Source of the DNA: Spongiibacteraceae bacterium
GTDB lineage: Bacteria > Pseudomonadota > Gammaproteobacteria > Pseudomonadales > CAMLJR01
DNA length: 64,000 nucleotides
Reading direction: 5' to 3'
Assembly (NCBI GenBank): GCA_043786385.1
Contig: JAYVWC010000001.1
Location: 9,250 to 73,249, forward strand
A model generated the notes under the pieces. The model had not been told where the DNA came from and ran no database searches. It worked only from the letters and a program-made list of their open reading frames with translations. Of this stretch, positions 42,087-54,219 are shown piece after piece (within the stretch, counting starts at the first letter, position 1; each line of letters begins with the position of its first letter). Both the position numbers and the translations under genes were made by a program.

Positions 42087-43042
42087 TGGCCCCTCAACAG
42101 CTAGGTGACGGCATGGCCATCGAGCATCAAACCGTGCTGCTGGAAGAGGCAGTGGCCGCGCTGGTGACCGACCCCAACGGCATTTACGTGGATGGCACCT
42201 TTGGGCGCGGCGGCCATAGCCGGTTGTTGTTGCAGCGTTTGAGCAGCGCTGCGCGCGTGATCGGGATCGATAAGGATCCGCAGGCGGTCGCAGCAGGGTT
42301 GCAGTTGGCTGTCGAGGAGCAGCGCTTTGCGATGATGCAGGGCTCGTTCGCTGAGCTACCGCGGCTATTGATCGAGCTCGGCATCGCCGGGCCAGTCACC
42401 GGCATATTGCTCGATTTGGGCGTGTCCTCGCCGCAACTCGATCAAGCTGAGCGCGGATTCAGCTTTTCGAAGGATGGCTTTCTGGATATGCGCATGAACC
42501 CGGCGACCGGACAACCGGCTGCCGAATGGTTGGCGCAGGCGGATGAGCAGGATATCGCGATGGTGTTGAAGACCTTCGGCGAAGAGCGTTTCGCGAAGCG
42601 CATTGCCCGCGCGATCGTCGCGGCGCGCGCCGAGCAGCCGATCGATAGCACGCTGCGATTGGCGAAAATCGTCGCCGACGCCAACCCTGCTTGGGAGAAG
42701 GGCAAAAATCCAGCGACCCGCTCGTTTCAGGCGATTCGCATTTATATCAACGATGAGCTGGGCGATTTAACCCGCTTTCTTGAGCGGGCGTTGGATTTGC
42801 TGGCGGTTGGCGGGCATCTGGTGGTGATTAGTTTTCATTCGCTCGAGGATCGCTTGGTAAAGCGGTTTATCAAGCAACAGGTGCGGGGCGACACGGTGCC
42901 ATCCTACATCCCGCTGACGGCAGAAATGAGCAAGCCGCGCATTCGCTCGATCGGTCGGGCGATGCAGTCAGGTCCGGAAGAGGTGGCAGCCAATCCGCGT
43001 GCACGCAGCGCCGTGTTGCGGGTGGCGGAGAAGTTGGCGTAG
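42086..43042 (+). CDS. rsmH: 16S rRNA (cytosine1402-N4)-methyltransferase
   Basis: 318 aa with HQTVLLEEAV, YVDGTFGRGGHS and DLGVSSPQLD motifs. Confidence 0.95.
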   Translation: MAPQQLGDGMAIEHQTVLLEEAVAALVTDPNGIYVDGTFGRGGHSRLLLQRLSSAARVIGIDKDPQAVAAGLQLAVEEQRFAMMQGSFAELPRLLIELGIAGPVTGILLDLGVSSPQLDQAERGFSFSKDGFLDMRMNPATGQPAAEWLAQADEQDIAMVLKTFGEERFAKRIARAIVAARAEQPIDSTLRLAKIVADANPAWEKGKNPATRSFQAIRIYINDELGDLTRFLERALDLLAVGGHLVVISFHSLEDRLVKRFIKQQVRGDTVPSYIPLTAEMSKPRIRSIGRAMQSGPEEVAANPRARSAVLRVAEKLA

Positions 43043-43132
43043 GCCGGTAATCAGTTTTTAGCTATCAGCTTTTAACTACAGAACACCCCATAACTACAGG
43101 GCGCGAACCCGGTAACCCTTTAGGTAGCTTGC

Positions 43133-43438
43133 ATGCAGACGACGAAGGCATTGACACAGCGGTTCTTGCGCCCCGGGCAGGTGCTGGTGACGCTGCTGCT
43201 TTTGTTGTTGGTCGCGATCAGTGCATTGGCGGTGATCGATTGTACGCATCGCAGTCGCGAGTTATTCAATGAATGGCAACAATTACAGCGCCGGGAATGG
43301 GCTTTGGAAGAGGACTGGGAGCGGCTGTTGTTGGAACAAAGCACTTGGGCTGCGCACGAGCGCGTTAGTCAAATCGCCGAAAGCAAGCTCGATATGACGC
43401 TGCCCGATCCGGTCGCGATCAAAGTGGTGAGCCCGTGA
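43133..43438 (+). CDS. ftsL: Cell division protein FtsL
   Basis: 101 aa bitopic protein with a TM helix and then a leucine-zipper-like coiled coil. It occupies the canonical position between rsmH and ftsI. Confidence 0.85.
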   Translation: MQTTKALTQRFLRPGQVLVTLLLLLLVAISALAVIDCTHRSRELFNEWQQLQRREWALEEDWERLLLEQSTWAAHERVSQIAESKLDMTLPDPVAIKVVSP

Positions 43439-45168
43439 GCGAGCAAGCGATGGCCGCATTACCGCGCTGGCGTTTGCCGGCGGTATTGGTGGTGCTAGGC
43501 ATCCTGTTGTCGTTGGTGACTTGGCGACTATTGTCGCTACAGGTGCTGAGTACCGCGCGGGGCTATGAGTTTCTGCAAGAGCAGGGCGATGCGCGTGCGA
43601 TTCGCACCGAAATAATTCCGGCGCACCGCGGCCAAATCGTCGATCGCAATGGCGAGCCGCTGGCAATTAGCACGCCGGTGGTATCGATTTGGGCCAACCC
43701 CAGCGAAGCTAAAGCGGCGCGTCAGCGCTGGCCCGAATTGGCGCGCAAGATGGGGCTCGATCAAGCCGGCCTGGAAGAAAAATTGTCGTATCAGGGCAAG
43801 CACTTCGTCTATCTGCGTAGGCATCTGCCGCCACCCGAGGCGAGCGCGGTGATGGCGCTGAAGTTGCCTGGTATTTATGCGCAGCGCGAATATCGGCGCT
43901 TTTATCCGGCCGGTGAAGTGACGGCGCATGTATTGGGTTTCACTGATGTCGACGATCATGGCCAAGAAGGTTTGGAGCTGGCCTACGATCAATATCTTTC
44001 CGGCACGCCCGGCAGTAAACGCGTCTTGAAAGAACTCGGCGGCAAAATCATTCGCGAGATCGATGCTGGTCAGCCTGCTAAGCCGGGTCAGGATTTAACG
44101 CTCAGCATCGATTTGCGGCTGCAATATTTAGCCTACCGCGAACTGCGCAATACGCTACAGGATATGGGCGCTAGCGCCGGTTCGGTGGTGATGCTCGATA
44201 GCCAAACCGGCGAAGTGTTGGCGATGGCGAATCAGCCGTCGTTCAATCCGAATAGTCGCAGTCGCGCCAATACCGCAGGGTTGCGTAATCGCGCGATGCT
44301 CGACCTGATCGAGCCCGGCTCGACGATGAAGCCACTGACGATGGTGGCGGCATTGGAGAGCGGTAAATACACGCCGCAAACATTGGTCGATGCGGGGCCG
44401 GGTTATTTGTCGGTCGATGGCAAAGTGCTGAAAGATCCGGTTAATTTTGGCGTTATCGATCTGACCAAAATCATCACCAAATCGAGTCAAATCGGTATGA
44501 CGCGCGTCGCGTTGACGCTGGACGAAAAAAAGGTCGTCAATGTATTTCAGCGTTTTGGTTTGGGCAGCGGTGCCGATACCGGTTTCCCCGGCGAGCAGCA
44601 CGGCATGTTGCCGACGCGCCATCGCTGGTCCGATATCGAGCGCGCTAACTTTGCGTTTGGCTATGGTCTGCAAGTGACGCCGCTGCAATTGGCGCGCGCC
44701 TATAGCGTATTTGCGACCGGCGGTCGATTGATGCCTGTCAGCTTATTGAAGCGTAATGACGCTGCGCCGAGCGGCGAGCAAGTGGTGGCGACCGGTGTGG
44801 CGCGACAAATTGTCGACATGATGAAAACGGTGATCGAGCCCGGCGGCACCGGCACGCGCGCCAAGATCCCCGCGTATTCGGTGGCCGGCAAAACAGGCAC
44901 CGTGCATATGGTCGGTGCGCACGGCTACGAGGATCGCTACCATTCGTTGTTCGTCGGCTTGGCACCGACTTCAGCGCCGCGCATCGTTACAGTCGTCGTG
45001 GTCGACGATGCGAGTCTAGGCAAATATCACGGTGGCGATGTCGCTGCACCGGTATTCGCCAAAGTCGTTGGCGGTGCGATGCGGCTGCTGAGTGTGGCGC
45101 CCGATGCGGTGCCGCAAGTCGTCGCCAAAGGTGCTGCGGCGTCGGCCGACGGCAAGGGGCCCGTGTAA
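43435..45168 (+). CDS. ftsI: Peptidoglycan D,D-transpeptidase FtsI (PBP3)
   Basis: 577 aa with an N-terminal TM helix and the transpeptidase motifs STMK, SSQ(I) and KTGT. Confidence 0.95.
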   Translation: MSEQAMAALPRWRLPAVLVVLGILLSLVTWRLLSLQVLSTARGYEFLQEQGDARAIRTEIIPAHRGQIVDRNGEPLAISTPVVSIWANPSEAKAARQRWPELARKMGLDQAGLEEKLSYQGKHFVYLRRHLPPPEASAVMALKLPGIYAQREYRRFYPAGEVTAHVLGFTDVDDHGQEGLELAYDQYLSGTPGSKRVLKELGGKIIREIDAGQPAKPGQDLTLSIDLRLQYLAYRELRNTLQDMGASAGSVVMLDSQTGEVLAMANQPSFNPNSRSRANTAGLRNRAMLDLIEPGSTMKPLTMVAALESGKYTPQTLVDAGPGYLSVDGKVLKDPVNFGVIDLTKIITKSSQIGMTRVALTLDEKKVVNVFQRFGLGSGADTGFPGEQHGMLPTRHRWSDIERANFAFGYGLQVTPLQLARAYSVFATGGRLMPVSLLKRNDAAPSGEQVVATGVARQIVDMMKTVIEPGGTGTRAKIPAYSVAGKTGTVHMVGAHGYEDRYHSLFVGLAPTSAPRIVTVVVVDDASLGKYHGGDVAAPVFAKVVGGAMRLLSVAPDAVPQVVAKGAAASADGKGPV

Positions 45169-46649
45169 TGATGGCCGCCTTAAAGTTGGATACCGCGAAA
45201 ACCCTCGGCGATTTAATTCCGCGTTGTGCACCGCGCTTCGCTGCACTACCGGTTGCGGGGCTCGCATTTGATAGCCGCACCGTGCAGCGCGGCGAAGTAT
45301 TTCTCGCGTATCCGGGCGAAGGTAACGACGGCCGCAATTATATCGATCGTGCTATTGCTGTCGGCGCGGTGGCGATCATCGCCGAGCGCGGTGTCGATGC
45401 GGCAACGGTGTCGGTGCCATTGATCGAAGTCGATGGACTGCGCGCGGAAGTCGGTCGCATCGCCGCACGTTTTTACGATGAGCCGAGTGCTGCGCTGAGC
45501 GTTATCGGCATCACCGGCACCAACGGTAAAACCAGTTGCGCGCAATTGCTTGGGCAAGCGTTGCGTTTAATCGGCCAACGCTGCGGCGTCATCGGTACGC
45601 TGGGCAGCAGCATCGATGGCAGCGTTGTCAGCGGTAGTTTAACCACGCCCGATCCGATCGCATTGCAGCAGCAATTTGCGCAGTGGCGAGAGCAGCGCAT
45701 CGGCAATGTCGCGATGGAGGTTTCCTCGCACGGGCTCGCGCAGGGGCGTATCAACGGCGTGCATTTCCGCGGCGCGGTGTTTACCAATTTAACGCGCGAT
45801 CATCTCGATTTTCACGGCAGCATGGAAAATTACGGCGCGGCGAAAGCGGCGTTGTTCGATGTCGACGGGCTCGAATTTGCGGTGCTGAATAGTGACGACG
45901 AATTTGGTGCGGCGCTCGCTAAAAAATTACAAATGCGTTTACCGAATACGCTTACCTACGGTTTTACCAAAAGCGCGCAGATTACCGTGCGCAGCGCAAC
46001 CTATCGCGCTGCTGGCGTCACCGCGCAGGTCGTAACGCCGTGGGGCGAATTGACGGCGCGTAGTCAATTGCTCGGCGATTTTAATTTATCCAATTTACTC
46101 GCGGTGATCGCGGTGCTTGGTCAATTAGGGATCGACGTGCAAACGATCGAGACTATCGTGCCGCAATTGCAGCCGATCGCTGGTCGCATGGAGCGCGTGC
46201 CGACCACTGCGGATATCGAAGTGATCGTCGATTATGCGCACACGCCAGATGCATTGGCGCACGCGTTGAGCGCGTTGCGTCGCCACTGTCGCGGTCAGTT
46301 GTGGTGTGTGTTTGGTTGCGGCGGCGATCGCGATAAAGGCAAGCGGCCGCAGATGGGTGCAGTGGCGGAGCGCTTAGCGGATCGCGTGGTATTGACCAGC
46401 GATAATCCACGCAGCGAACGCGCGGAAACCATCATCGCCGATATTCAGGCGGGCACCGACAGCGACGTGGTGATCGAAGCGGATCGCGAGCGCGCGATCG
46501 ATTTCGCGATCGCCAACGCGCAGTCCGACGATATCGTTCTGCTGGCCGGCAAAGGCCACGAAAATTATCAACTGATTGGCGAGCGCGCGCGGCCGTTTAG
46601 CGATATCGCAGTCGCGGTGGCGGCGCTGGCGATGAGGGGGCGCGCATGA
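45168..46649 (+). CDS. murE: UDP-N-acetylmuramoyl-L-alanyl-D-glutamate--2,6-diaminopimelate ligase
   Basis: 493 aa Mur ligase with the P-loop GITGTNGKTS and the DNPR motif typical of meso-DAP-adding MurE. Confidence 0.94.
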   Translation: MMAALKLDTAKTLGDLIPRCAPRFAALPVAGLAFDSRTVQRGEVFLAYPGEGNDGRNYIDRAIAVGAVAIIAERGVDAATVSVPLIEVDGLRAEVGRIAARFYDEPSAALSVIGITGTNGKTSCAQLLGQALRLIGQRCGVIGTLGSSIDGSVVSGSLTTPDPIALQQQFAQWREQRIGNVAMEVSSHGLAQGRINGVHFRGAVFTNLTRDHLDFHGSMENYGAAKAALFDVDGLEFAVLNSDDEFGAALAKKLQMRLPNTLTYGFTKSAQITVRSATYRAAGVTAQVVTPWGELTARSQLLGDFNLSNLLAVIAVLGQLGIDVQTIETIVPQLQPIAGRMERVPTTADIEVIVDYAHTPDALAHALSALRRHCRGQLWCVFGCGGDRDKGKRPQMGAVAERLADRVVLTSDNPRSERAETIIADIQAGTDSDVVIEADRERAIDFAIANAQSDDIVLLAGKGHENYQLIGERARPFSDIAVAVAALAMRGRA

Positions 46650-48049
46650 TGGGTGCATTAGCATTGCGCGATATCGCCAGCGAGTTAGATGCAGCGTATC
46701 GCGGCGCAGACATCGCCATCGAAGGCGTTGCCACCGACAGTCGAAAAATTAATTCCGGCGATTTATATATCGCGTTGCGCGGCGAGCGTTTCGATGGCCA
46801 CGCGTTCGTCGATGAGGTGGCAGCAAAAGGTGCAGCCGCAGCAGTCGTCGATCATGCGGTAAGTGATGCAACACAATTGCCGCAACTGAAGGTCGCCGAT
46901 ACGCGCGCGGCGCTTGGTTTGATTGCGCGGATGAATCGCCGCAGTTTTTCTAAACCGTTGCTCGCAATCACTGGCAGCGCTGGCAAAACAACGTGCAAAG
47001 AAATGTTGGCGGCGATTTTGGCGCAGCGTGGCGCGGTGTTGGCAACGCGCGGTAATTTGAATAACGAAATCGGCGTGCCATTGACGCTGTTGAATATCGC
47101 GCCGCAGCACGACTTCGCGGTGATCGAAATGGGCGCGGCGCGCGTCGGCGATATCGCGTATCTGTGTCGATTCGCCGAGCCCGATGTTGCAGTGGTCACC
47201 GCCGCATTGCCTGCTCATCTCGAAGGTTTCGGCGATGTTGATACCGTTGCCAGCACCAAAGGCGAAATTTTTTCTGGATTACGCGCGAACGGTGTCGCGA
47301 TAATCGACGCCGATAACAAATACTTTGCATTGTGGCGGCGCTTGGCCGGCGCGCGTCGCATCGTAACGTTTGGTTTTGGTGAACACGCTGACGTGAGTGC
47401 GCGTGCAGTTGCGCGCAATGCAACCGGCGTGCAATTCGAATTGCACGCTGCGGCGGGCAACATCAATATCGAATTACCGCTGCTCGGTTCACACAATGTG
47501 CGCAATGCTTTGGCTGCCGCTGCGGCGGCGTTGACGGTCGGTGTCACGCTCGAAAATATTCGCGCCGGTTTGGCGCAAGTTAAACCGATGTCGGGCCGTT
47601 TGCAGCCGCGCCGTGATCGCGCCGACAATATCGTTATCGATGACAGTTACAACGCGAATCCCGGTGCAGTGCGTGCGGCTATCGATGTGTTGGCCGAGTA
47701 CGCTGGTACGCGCCGTTTGATTCTGGGCAATATGGCGGAACTCGGTGCGCAAGCGCAGGCATTGCACTGCGAAGTCGCGCGTTACGCAGCCGAACGTGGC
47801 ATCGAGCAATGTTGGTTTATCGGCCCGTATGCCACGCTACAGGCAACCGAATACACGCGCCATAACTCATCCGTTAGCGCGCAGGTATTTGCCGATAATC
47901 GCGCGGTGATCGCGGCGTACCTACAACAGTCAGTCGCGTGCGAGCAGCAGCTGGTCGATGCAACGTTGATCAAAGGTTCGCGCAGCGCTGGCATGGAAGA
48001 AATCGTTGCGGCGATTTGTGCTGATGCGATCAACGGCGGAGGGCGCTGA
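46646..48049 (+). CDS. murF: UDP-N-acetylmuramoyl-tripeptide--D-alanyl-D-alanine ligase
   Basis: 467 aa Mur ligase with the P-loop [12 protein letters not shown], in dcw order. Confidence 0.94.
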   Translation: MMGALALRDIASELDAAYRGADIAIEGVATDSRKINSGDLYIALRGERFDGHAFVDEVAAKGAAAAVVDHAVSDATQLPQLKVADTRAALGLIARMNRRSFSKPLLAITGSAGKTTCKEMLAAILAQRGAVLATRGNLNNEIGVPLTLLNIAPQHDFAVIEMGAARVGDIAYLCRFAEPDVAVVTAALPAHLEGFGDVDTVASTKGEIFSGLRANGVAIIDADNKYFALWRRLAGARRIVTFGFGEHADVSARAVARNATGVQFELHAAAGNINIELPLLGSHNVRNALAAAAAALTVGVTLENIRAGLAQVKPMSGRLQPRRDRADNIVIDDSYNANPGAVRAAIDVLAEYAGTRRLILGNMAELGAQAQALHCEVARYAAERGIEQCWFIGPYATLQATEYTRHNSSVSAQVFADNRAVIAAYLQQSVACEQQLVDATLIKGSRSAGMEEIVAAICADAINGGGR

Positions 48050-48051
48050 TT

Positions 48052-49134
48052 ATGTTGTATGCACTCACCGGTTATCTGTCGCAATTTATTAATGGCTTCG
48101 CGGTGTTTCAATATCTAACGCTGCGCGGCATTCTCGGCGTGTTAACCGCGTTGGCGATTGCGCTACTGGTTGGCCCGGCGGTGATTCGGCATTTGGTCGA
48201 TCGACAAATCAGCCAGCATGTACGCAACGATGGTCCGCAATCGCACCTGAGTAAAAAAGGTACGCCGACGATGGGCGGCGTATTGATTTTATTGGCGATC
48301 GTCGTCAGCACATTGTTGTGGGCGGATTTACGCAATCCGTACATTTGGGTGGTGCTGGCGGTGACGTTGATTTTCGGTGCGGTCGGGTGGGTCGACGACT
48401 ATCGCAAAGTGATCGAAAAAAATTCGCGTGGCCTGCCAGCGCGTTGGAAATATTTATGGCAGTCGATCGGCGGTTTCGGTGCAGCGTTCTTTCTATATTG
48501 GCACGCGAACTCGGCGGTCGATACGCAATTGTACATTCCGTTTTTTAAAAATATTGTCGTGCCGCTCGGGCCATTTTTTATTTTGCTGGCGTACTTCGTC
48601 ATTGTCGGCAGCAGCAATGCGGTGAATTTAACCGATGGTTTGGATGGCTTGGCGATTATGCCGACGGTGATGGTCGGCGGCGCGCTCGGCATCATTACTT
48701 ATCTGACCGGTAACGCGAAATTTGCACATTATTTATTGATTCCTTATGTGCAAGGCTCCGGTGAGTTGATTGTATTTTGCGGCGCAATCGTTGGCGCCGG
48801 GCTCGGGTTTTTGTGGTTCAACACGTATCCGGCGCAGGTGTTTATGGGCGATGTCGGTGCGCTCGCGCTTGGCGCTGCGCTCGGCACTGTGGCAGTGATC
48901 GCGCGCCACGAAATTGTATTGTTCATCATGGGTGGCGTATTCGTGATGGAAACCGTGTCGGTGATTTTGCAGGTCGCGTCGTTCAAGTTGACCGGCAAAC
49001 GCATTTTTCGGATGGCGCCGATTCATCATCATTTTGAATTGAAAGGTTGGCCCGAGCCGCGCGTCATCGTGCGGTTTTGGATTATTACCGTGATGCTGGT
49101 GTTGGTCGGCATTGCGACGTTGAAATTGCGATAG
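48052..49134 (+). CDS. mraY: Phospho-N-acetylmuramoyl-pentapeptide transferase
   Basis: 360 aa polytopic protein with [22 protein letters not shown] and HHHFE motifs. Confidence 0.96.
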   Translation: MLYALTGYLSQFINGFAVFQYLTLRGILGVLTALAIALLVGPAVIRHLVDRQISQHVRNDGPQSHLSKKGTPTMGGVLILLAIVVSTLLWADLRNPYIWVVLAVTLIFGAVGWVDDYRKVIEKNSRGLPARWKYLWQSIGGFGAAFFLYWHANSAVDTQLYIPFFKNIVVPLGPFFILLAYFVIVGSSNAVNLTDGLDGLAIMPTVMVGGALGIITYLTGNAKFAHYLLIPYVQGSGELIVFCGAIVGAGLGFLWFNTYPAQVFMGDVGALALGAALGTVAVIARHEIVLFIMGGVFVMETVSVILQVASFKLTGKRIFRMAPIHHHFELKGWPEPRVIVRFWIITVMLVLVGIATLKLR

Positions 49135-49145
49135 GCAGTTTACGC

Positions 49146-50522
49146 ATGACGGCAATGACAGCAGATAAGCGCCGCATCGTGGTTGGCCTCGGCCAGACTG
49201 GGTTGTCGTGCGCGCGTTATTTAGCGCGCTGCGGACTGTCGTTTAGCGTGATGGATAGTCGCGATAATCCGCCGGGGTTGGCGGAATTCCGCAGCGAATT
49301 TCCAAGCACATCATTGCTGCTCGGTGCGTTTGACGCAGCGCAGCTGTGCGCTGCCGATGAAATTATCGTCAGCCCCGGCGTTGCACTTAGCGAGCCTGCT
49401 ATCGCTGCGGCGATCGAACACGGCGTAGCGGTGTGTGGCGACATCGATTTATTTGTACGCGCGAATGCGGCGTCTGAACGCCCGGCGCCGATTGTCGCGA
49501 TCACCGGTTCAAACGGTAAAAGCACGGTGACGACGCTGGTCGGCGAAATGGCGCAAGCGGCCGGTCGCAATGTCGGTGTCGGTGGCAATCTCGGCACGCC
49601 AGCGTTGGATTTATTAAATCCACAGCGCGATTTATACGTGTTGGAGTTGTCGAGTTTTCAACTCGAGCGCGCGCAGGCGTTGCACGCGGAAGTCGCGACG
49701 GTGTTGAATATCAGCCCCGACCATATGGATCGCTATCCAACACTGCAGGCGTATCGGCAAGCAAAGCATCAAATTTTTCTCGGCTGCCAACAAGCGGTGA
49801 TCAATCGCGACGAAGCGGCGAACACGACGCCAGTGCCCTCTGCAAATATGCAGTGGAGTTTTGGTTTCGATGTGCCATCGCATAACGGTTTCGGTGTTAT
49901 CGAGCACGATGGCGAGCGTTACCTAGCTTTCGATTGCGAACGCTTGTTGCCGTTGTCGGCATTGCGCATCGCCGGGCAACACAATGTTGCGAATGCATTG
50001 GCGGCATTGGCGCTTGGTCGTGCAGTTGGTTTGCCCATGTCGTCAATGTTGACGGCGCTGAAAAATTTCGCGGGTCTGCCGCATCGCTGTCAATTGGTTG
50101 CCGATGTCAACGGCGTTGCGTACTACGACGATTCGAAAGGCACCAACGTCGGCGCCACGGTGGCGGCGATCGAAGGGCTTTGCAAAAATGCGCGCGGCAA
50201 AGTGGTGCTGATCGCTGGTGGTGTGAGTAAGGGTGCGGAATTCGACGACTTAGCGCCAGCGTTAGAGCGCTATGGTCGCGCTGCAGTATTGATCGGCGAA
50301 GCGGCACCTGCGCTTGCAAAAATATTACGCGATGTGTTGCCGACTGCGCATGCTGCCGATATGAGCGCGGCGGTCGAACAATCCGCAGCATTTGCACAAG
50401 CCGGCGATAAGGTGTTGTTGTCACCGGCCTGCGCCAGCTTCGATATGTTTGCCAATTACGCGCAGCGCGGCGAAGTATTTACCGCAGCGGTGCAACATTA
50501 TGCGCGGTCGCAGTCATGTTGA
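49146..50522 (+). CDS. murD: UDP-N-acetylmuramoylalanine--D-glutamate ligase
   Basis: Within ORF 49047..50522. ATG 49146 lies just after the mraY stop. The Rossmann N-terminus is VVGLGQTGLS and the P-loop is ITGSNGKSTV. Confidence 0.94.
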   Translation: MTAMTADKRRIVVGLGQTGLSCARYLARCGLSFSVMDSRDNPPGLAEFRSEFPSTSLLLGAFDAAQLCAADEIIVSPGVALSEPAIAAAIEHGVAVCGDIDLFVRANAASERPAPIVAITGSNGKSTVTTLVGEMAQAAGRNVGVGGNLGTPALDLLNPQRDLYVLELSSFQLERAQALHAEVATVLNISPDHMDRYPTLQAYRQAKHQIFLGCQQAVINRDEAANTTPVPSANMQWSFGFDVPSHNGFGVIEHDGERYLAFDCERLLPLSALRIAGQHNVANALAALALGRAVGLPMSSMLTALKNFAGLPHRCQLVADVNGVAYYDDSKGTNVGATVAAIEGLCKNARGKVVLIAGGVSKGAEFDDLAPALERYGRAAVLIGEAAPALAKILRDVLPTAHAADMSAAVEQSAAFAQAGDKVLLSPACASFDMFANYAQRGEVFTAAVQHYARSQSC

Positions 50523-51673
50523 TTACGATCGCCGGTGAACAGCGCGTGTTGTGGCCGCTTGAGCGCGACGCGACTTGGTTAATCTGCAGTGCTATCGCGT
50601 TGACGCTGATCGGCATGATCGCGATGGGCTCCGCATCGGTCGAGTACGCGGTGCGAACCTACGGCGGCCCGTTTGCGTTTGTGCAGCGGTATTTATTTCA
50701 TTTAAGTTTGGGGTTGCTCGCGGCGTTCGCGGCGTATCGCGTGCCGATGGCGATTTGGCAGCGCAACGGTTGGTTGTGGTTATGCGTCGGCCTCGGCTTA
50801 TTGACGTTGGTATTGATTCCCGGCATCGGTCGCGTAGTCAATGGCGCGCGTCGCTGGTTGGCGCTCGGGCCGCTGACGCTACAGGTTTCCGAGCTGGTGA
50901 AATTATTTGTCATTATTTATTTGGCCGGTTACTTGGTGCGTCGCCACGAAGAAGTGCGCAACCGCTGGAGCGGTTTTATTAAACCGATGGCGGTGGTGTT
51001 TATGGTTACGCTGCTGTTGATGCTGGAGCCGGATTTTGGCGCGACGGTGGTCACTGCTGGCACTGCATTCGGTTTGGTGTTTCTCGCTGGCGTTAAGCTC
51101 AGTCAGTTTTTGTTGGTGATCATGAGTTGCGCATCGGCGTTTGCATTGCTGATTTTCACCTCGCCGTATCGCAAGGCGCGGTTGGTCGGTTTCACCGATC
51201 CGTGGGCCGATCAATTCAATTCCGGCTATCAATTGACGCAGTCGCTGATCGCGTTTGGGCGCGGCGAATGGTTCGGCGTTGGGCTCGGCAACAGCATTCA
51301 AAAATTATCGTACCTGCCCGAAGCGCACACCGATTTTGTATTTGCGATCTGGTCCGAAGAGTTTGGTTTGTTCGGCGCGTTAACGGTATTGGCGTTATTT
51401 GTGATTTTAGTCGGCAGCATTTTTCGCATCGGCCGACGCGCCGAAAAAGCCAGTAAGTTTTTCAGCGCGTTCGTTGCCTACGGTATTGCGCTGTTGATGA
51501 GCATGCAGATTTTTATCAACGTCGGCGTCAATATCGGTTTGTTACCGACCAAGGGGTTGACGTTGCCATTTTTAAGTTACGGCGGCAGCAGTTTGGTTAT
51601 TTGTTTGTTGTCGATGGCGCTGGTGTTGCGCATCGACGGCGAATTGAGCGGGAGGTGCAAGTCGCATGGCTAA
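50516..51673 (+). CDS. ftsW: Peptidoglycan glycosyltransferase FtsW (SEDS family)
   Basis: 385 aa polytopic SEDS protein with ...LPEAHTDFVFA... and ...LPFLSYGGSS... motifs. Confidence 0.94.
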   Translation: MLITIAGEQRVLWPLERDATWLICSAIALTLIGMIAMGSASVEYAVRTYGGPFAFVQRYLFHLSLGLLAAFAAYRVPMAIWQRNGWLWLCVGLGLLTLVLIPGIGRVVNGARRWLALGPLTLQVSELVKLFVIIYLAGYLVRRHEEVRNRWSGFIKPMAVVFMVTLLLMLEPDFGATVVTAGTAFGLVFLAGVKLSQFLLVIMSCASAFALLIFTSPYRKARLVGFTDPWADQFNSGYQLTQSLIAFGRGEWFGVGLGNSIQKLSYLPEAHTDFVFAIWSEEFGLFGALTVLALFVILVGSIFRIGRRAEKASKFFSAFVAYGIALLMSMQIFINVGVNIGLLPTKGLTLPFLSYGGSSLVICLLSMALVLRIDGELSGRCKSHG

Positions 51674-52766
51674 GCCTTCGGTATTGATTATGGCAGGCGG
51701 CACCGGCGGTCACGTATTCCCCGCGTTAGCGGTTGCCGACGAATTAATTCGTCAAGGCTTGAGCGTGCATTGGCTCGGCACGGTGCGTGGCATCGAAGCC
51801 GACTTAGTGCCGAAGGCTGGCATTCCGTTGCACTTTATTGCGATCGGCGGCGTGCGCGGTAAAGGGTGGCGCACGCAGTTGGCGGCACCGTTGCAATTAT
51901 TATTGGCGTTGCGTCAGGCGCTGCAATTAATTCGACAATTAAATCCGGTGTGCGTGGTGGGTTTTGGGGGCTTCGCGGCAGGCCCTGGTGGTTTAGCTGC
52001 GTGGTTGTTGCGCAAACCGCTGGTCATTCACGAACAAAATGCAGTGGCTGGTACTACCAATCGGTTACTCGCAATTTTTGCGAAACGCGTGTTGCTCGGT
52101 TATCCGAATGCATTGCACGGTGCGCGCACACAATTTGTCGGCAATCCGGTACGGCGCGCGATCGCGCAATTGCCAATGCCGGAACAACGTTGGGCAGAGC
52201 GCAGCGGTGCACCGCGATTGTTGGTACTTGGTGGCAGCTTGGGCGCAAAACCGATCAACGATGTGGTTCCTGCTGCGATAGAGTTGATGCCACTCGCATT
52301 GCGCCCGACGGTATGGCATCAAACCGGCCGCGGCCACGCCGACGAAGCGACGCATCAATATCGCGAGCGCGGCATCGATGCGCGCGTCGAACCGTTTATC
52401 AGCGATATGGCAGCCGCTTACGCGTGGGCCGATGTGGTGTTATGCCGCGCCGGTGCGCTGACCGTCGCTGAATTGGCGGCGGCTGGTGTCGGTGCGATTT
52501 TGGTGCCGCTGCCGCATGCAATCGACGATCATCAAACGCACAACGCACAATGGTTGACGACGCAGCGGGCCGGCGTGTTGTTGCCGCAAAATAAATTCGA
52601 CAGTGCAAGCTTGGCAAAATTACTCGGCGAGTTAGCGCAACATCCGCAAACTTTATTGGCGTGGGCACGCGCAGCGCGTGCGTTAGCGGCGCCCGATGCG
52701 GCCGCGCAAGTCGCGCAAATTTGCTGTGCATCGATCGGCTCATATCGAGGAGTCGCGTATGTCTGA
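51666..52766 (+). CDS. murG: Undecaprenyldiphospho-muramoylpentapeptide beta-N-acetylglucosaminyltransferase
   Basis: 366 aa with the N-terminal [16 protein letters not shown] and the C-terminal ...[12 protein letters not shown]... motifs. Confidence 0.95.
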   Translation: MAKPSVLIMAGGTGGHVFPALAVADELIRQGLSVHWLGTVRGIEADLVPKAGIPLHFIAIGGVRGKGWRTQLAAPLQLLLALRQALQLIRQLNPVCVVGFGGFAAGPGGLAAWLLRKPLVIHEQNAVAGTTNRLLAIFAKRVLLGYPNALHGARTQFVGNPVRRAIAQLPMPEQRWAERSGAPRLLVLGGSLGAKPINDVVPAAIELMPLALRPTVWHQTGRGHADEATHQYRERGIDARVEPFISDMAAAYAWADVVLCRAGALTVAELAAAGVGAILVPLPHAIDDHQTHNAQWLTTQRAGVLLPQNKFDSASLAKLLGELAQHPQTLLAWARAARALAAPDAAAQVAQICCASIGSYRGVAYV

Positions 52767-54180
52767 GCGTCGCCGTTTCGTCGTGCCGGAAATGCGCCGC
52801 GTTAAACGCATTCATTTTGTTGGCATCGGTGGCGCTGGTATGTGCGGCATCGCCGAGGTGTTGTTGAATTTAAGTTACGAAATTACCGGCTCGGATATGA
52901 AAGCCGGTGCCACCACGCAGCGCTTGGAACATTTGGGCGCGACGGTATTTGTCGGACACAACGCCGAAAATATTCACGGCGCCGATGTGGTGGTAACGTC
53001 GAGCGCGGTTAAAGAAACTAATCCGGAAGTTATTGCCGCACGCGAAGCACGCATACCGATAGTGCGACGCGCGGAAATGCTCGCGGAATTAATGCGCTAT
53101 CGCCACGGCATCGCCGTCGCCGGTACGCACGGTAAAACCACGACGACGACGATGATTGCGACAGTGTTTGCTGAGGCTGAACTCGATCCGACGTTTGTGA
53201 TTGGCGGTTTAGTCAACAGCGCCGGTGCCAATGCACGGCTCGGCGAAAGCCGTTATTTGATTGCCGAAGCCGATGAAAGCGATGCATCGTTTTTACATTT
53301 GCAACCGTTGGTCGCAGTGGTCACCAATATCGAAGCCGATCATATGGAAACGTATGGCGGCGATTTTTCGCGATTGAAAAAAACTTTTCTCGAGTTTTTG
53401 CACAACTTGCCGTTCTACGGCATCGCGGTGTTGTGTATCGACGATCCAGTAATTCGCGAAATTATTCCGCAGATCAGTCGCACCGCGCTGACGTACGGCT
53501 TTAGTGATGATGCGGATTTCCGCATTATCGATTGGCAAAAAAATGGGATGAATTCGCGTTTCACGGTGCTGCGTCCGCACGGCTTGGCACCGCTGAATGT
53601 CGAATTACATTTGCCTGGACAACACAATGTACTGAACGCTACTGCGGCGATTGCAGTCGCTAGCGATGATGGCATCGACGATCAAATTATCGTCGCCGGT
53701 CTTGCGCGCTTTCAAGGTGTCGGGCGCCGTTTTCAAGTGTACGGCGATGTGCCGGTGCAGGGCGGCAGCGCATTGCTGATCGACGATTACGGCCATCATC
53801 CGACCGAAGTGGCGGCGACGATTAGCGGTGTGCGGCAAGCGTGGCCCGAGCGCCGTCTGGTGATGGTGTATCAACCGCATCGCTACACGCGCACGCGCGA
53901 TTTGTACGAAGATTTTGCTGCGGTGTTGTCGAGCGTCGATGCGTTGTTGATGTTAGATGTGTACAGCGCTGGCGAAGAAGCGATCGCCGGTGCCGACAGC
54001 CGTAGTTTGTGTCGCAGCATTCGCAGTCGCGGCAAACTGGAGCCGGTGTTTATCGAAAAGTTGGAATTGGTGGCGGAAATATTGAAAAGCATCGTGCGCC
54101 CCGGCGATGTGGTGTTGACGCAGGGCGCCGGCAATATCGGCGCGCTCGCGGCGGAATTGGCCAGCGCGGATTTACGTTAG
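52759..54180 (+). CDS. murC: UDP-N-acetylmuramate--L-alanine ligase
   Basis: Within ORF 52696..54180. ATG 52759 gives [28 protein letters not shown].... The P-loop is [11 protein letters not shown]. Confidence 0.95.
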   Translation: MSERRRFVVPEMRRVKRIHFVGIGGAGMCGIAEVLLNLSYEITGSDMKAGATTQRLEHLGATVFVGHNAENIHGADVVVTSSAVKETNPEVIAAREARIPIVRRAEMLAELMRYRHGIAVAGTHGKTTTTTMIATVFAEAELDPTFVIGGLVNSAGANARLGESRYLIAEADESDASFLHLQPLVAVVTNIEADHMETYGGDFSRLKKTFLEFLHNLPFYGIAVLCIDDPVIREIIPQISRTALTYGFSDDADFRIIDWQKNGMNSRFTVLRPHGLAPLNVELHLPGQHNVLNATAAIAVASDDGIDDQIIVAGLARFQGVGRRFQVYGDVPVQGGSALLIDDYGHHPTEVAATISGVRQAWPERRLVMVYQPHRYTRTRDLYEDFAAVLSSVDALLMLDVYSAGEEAIAGADSRSLCRSIRSRGKLEPVFIEKLELVAEILKSIVRPGDVVLTQGAGNIGALAAELASADLR

Positions 54181-54219
54181 TGAATACGACCATAGTGATA
54201 ATCAGTGCGGTAGCCAGCG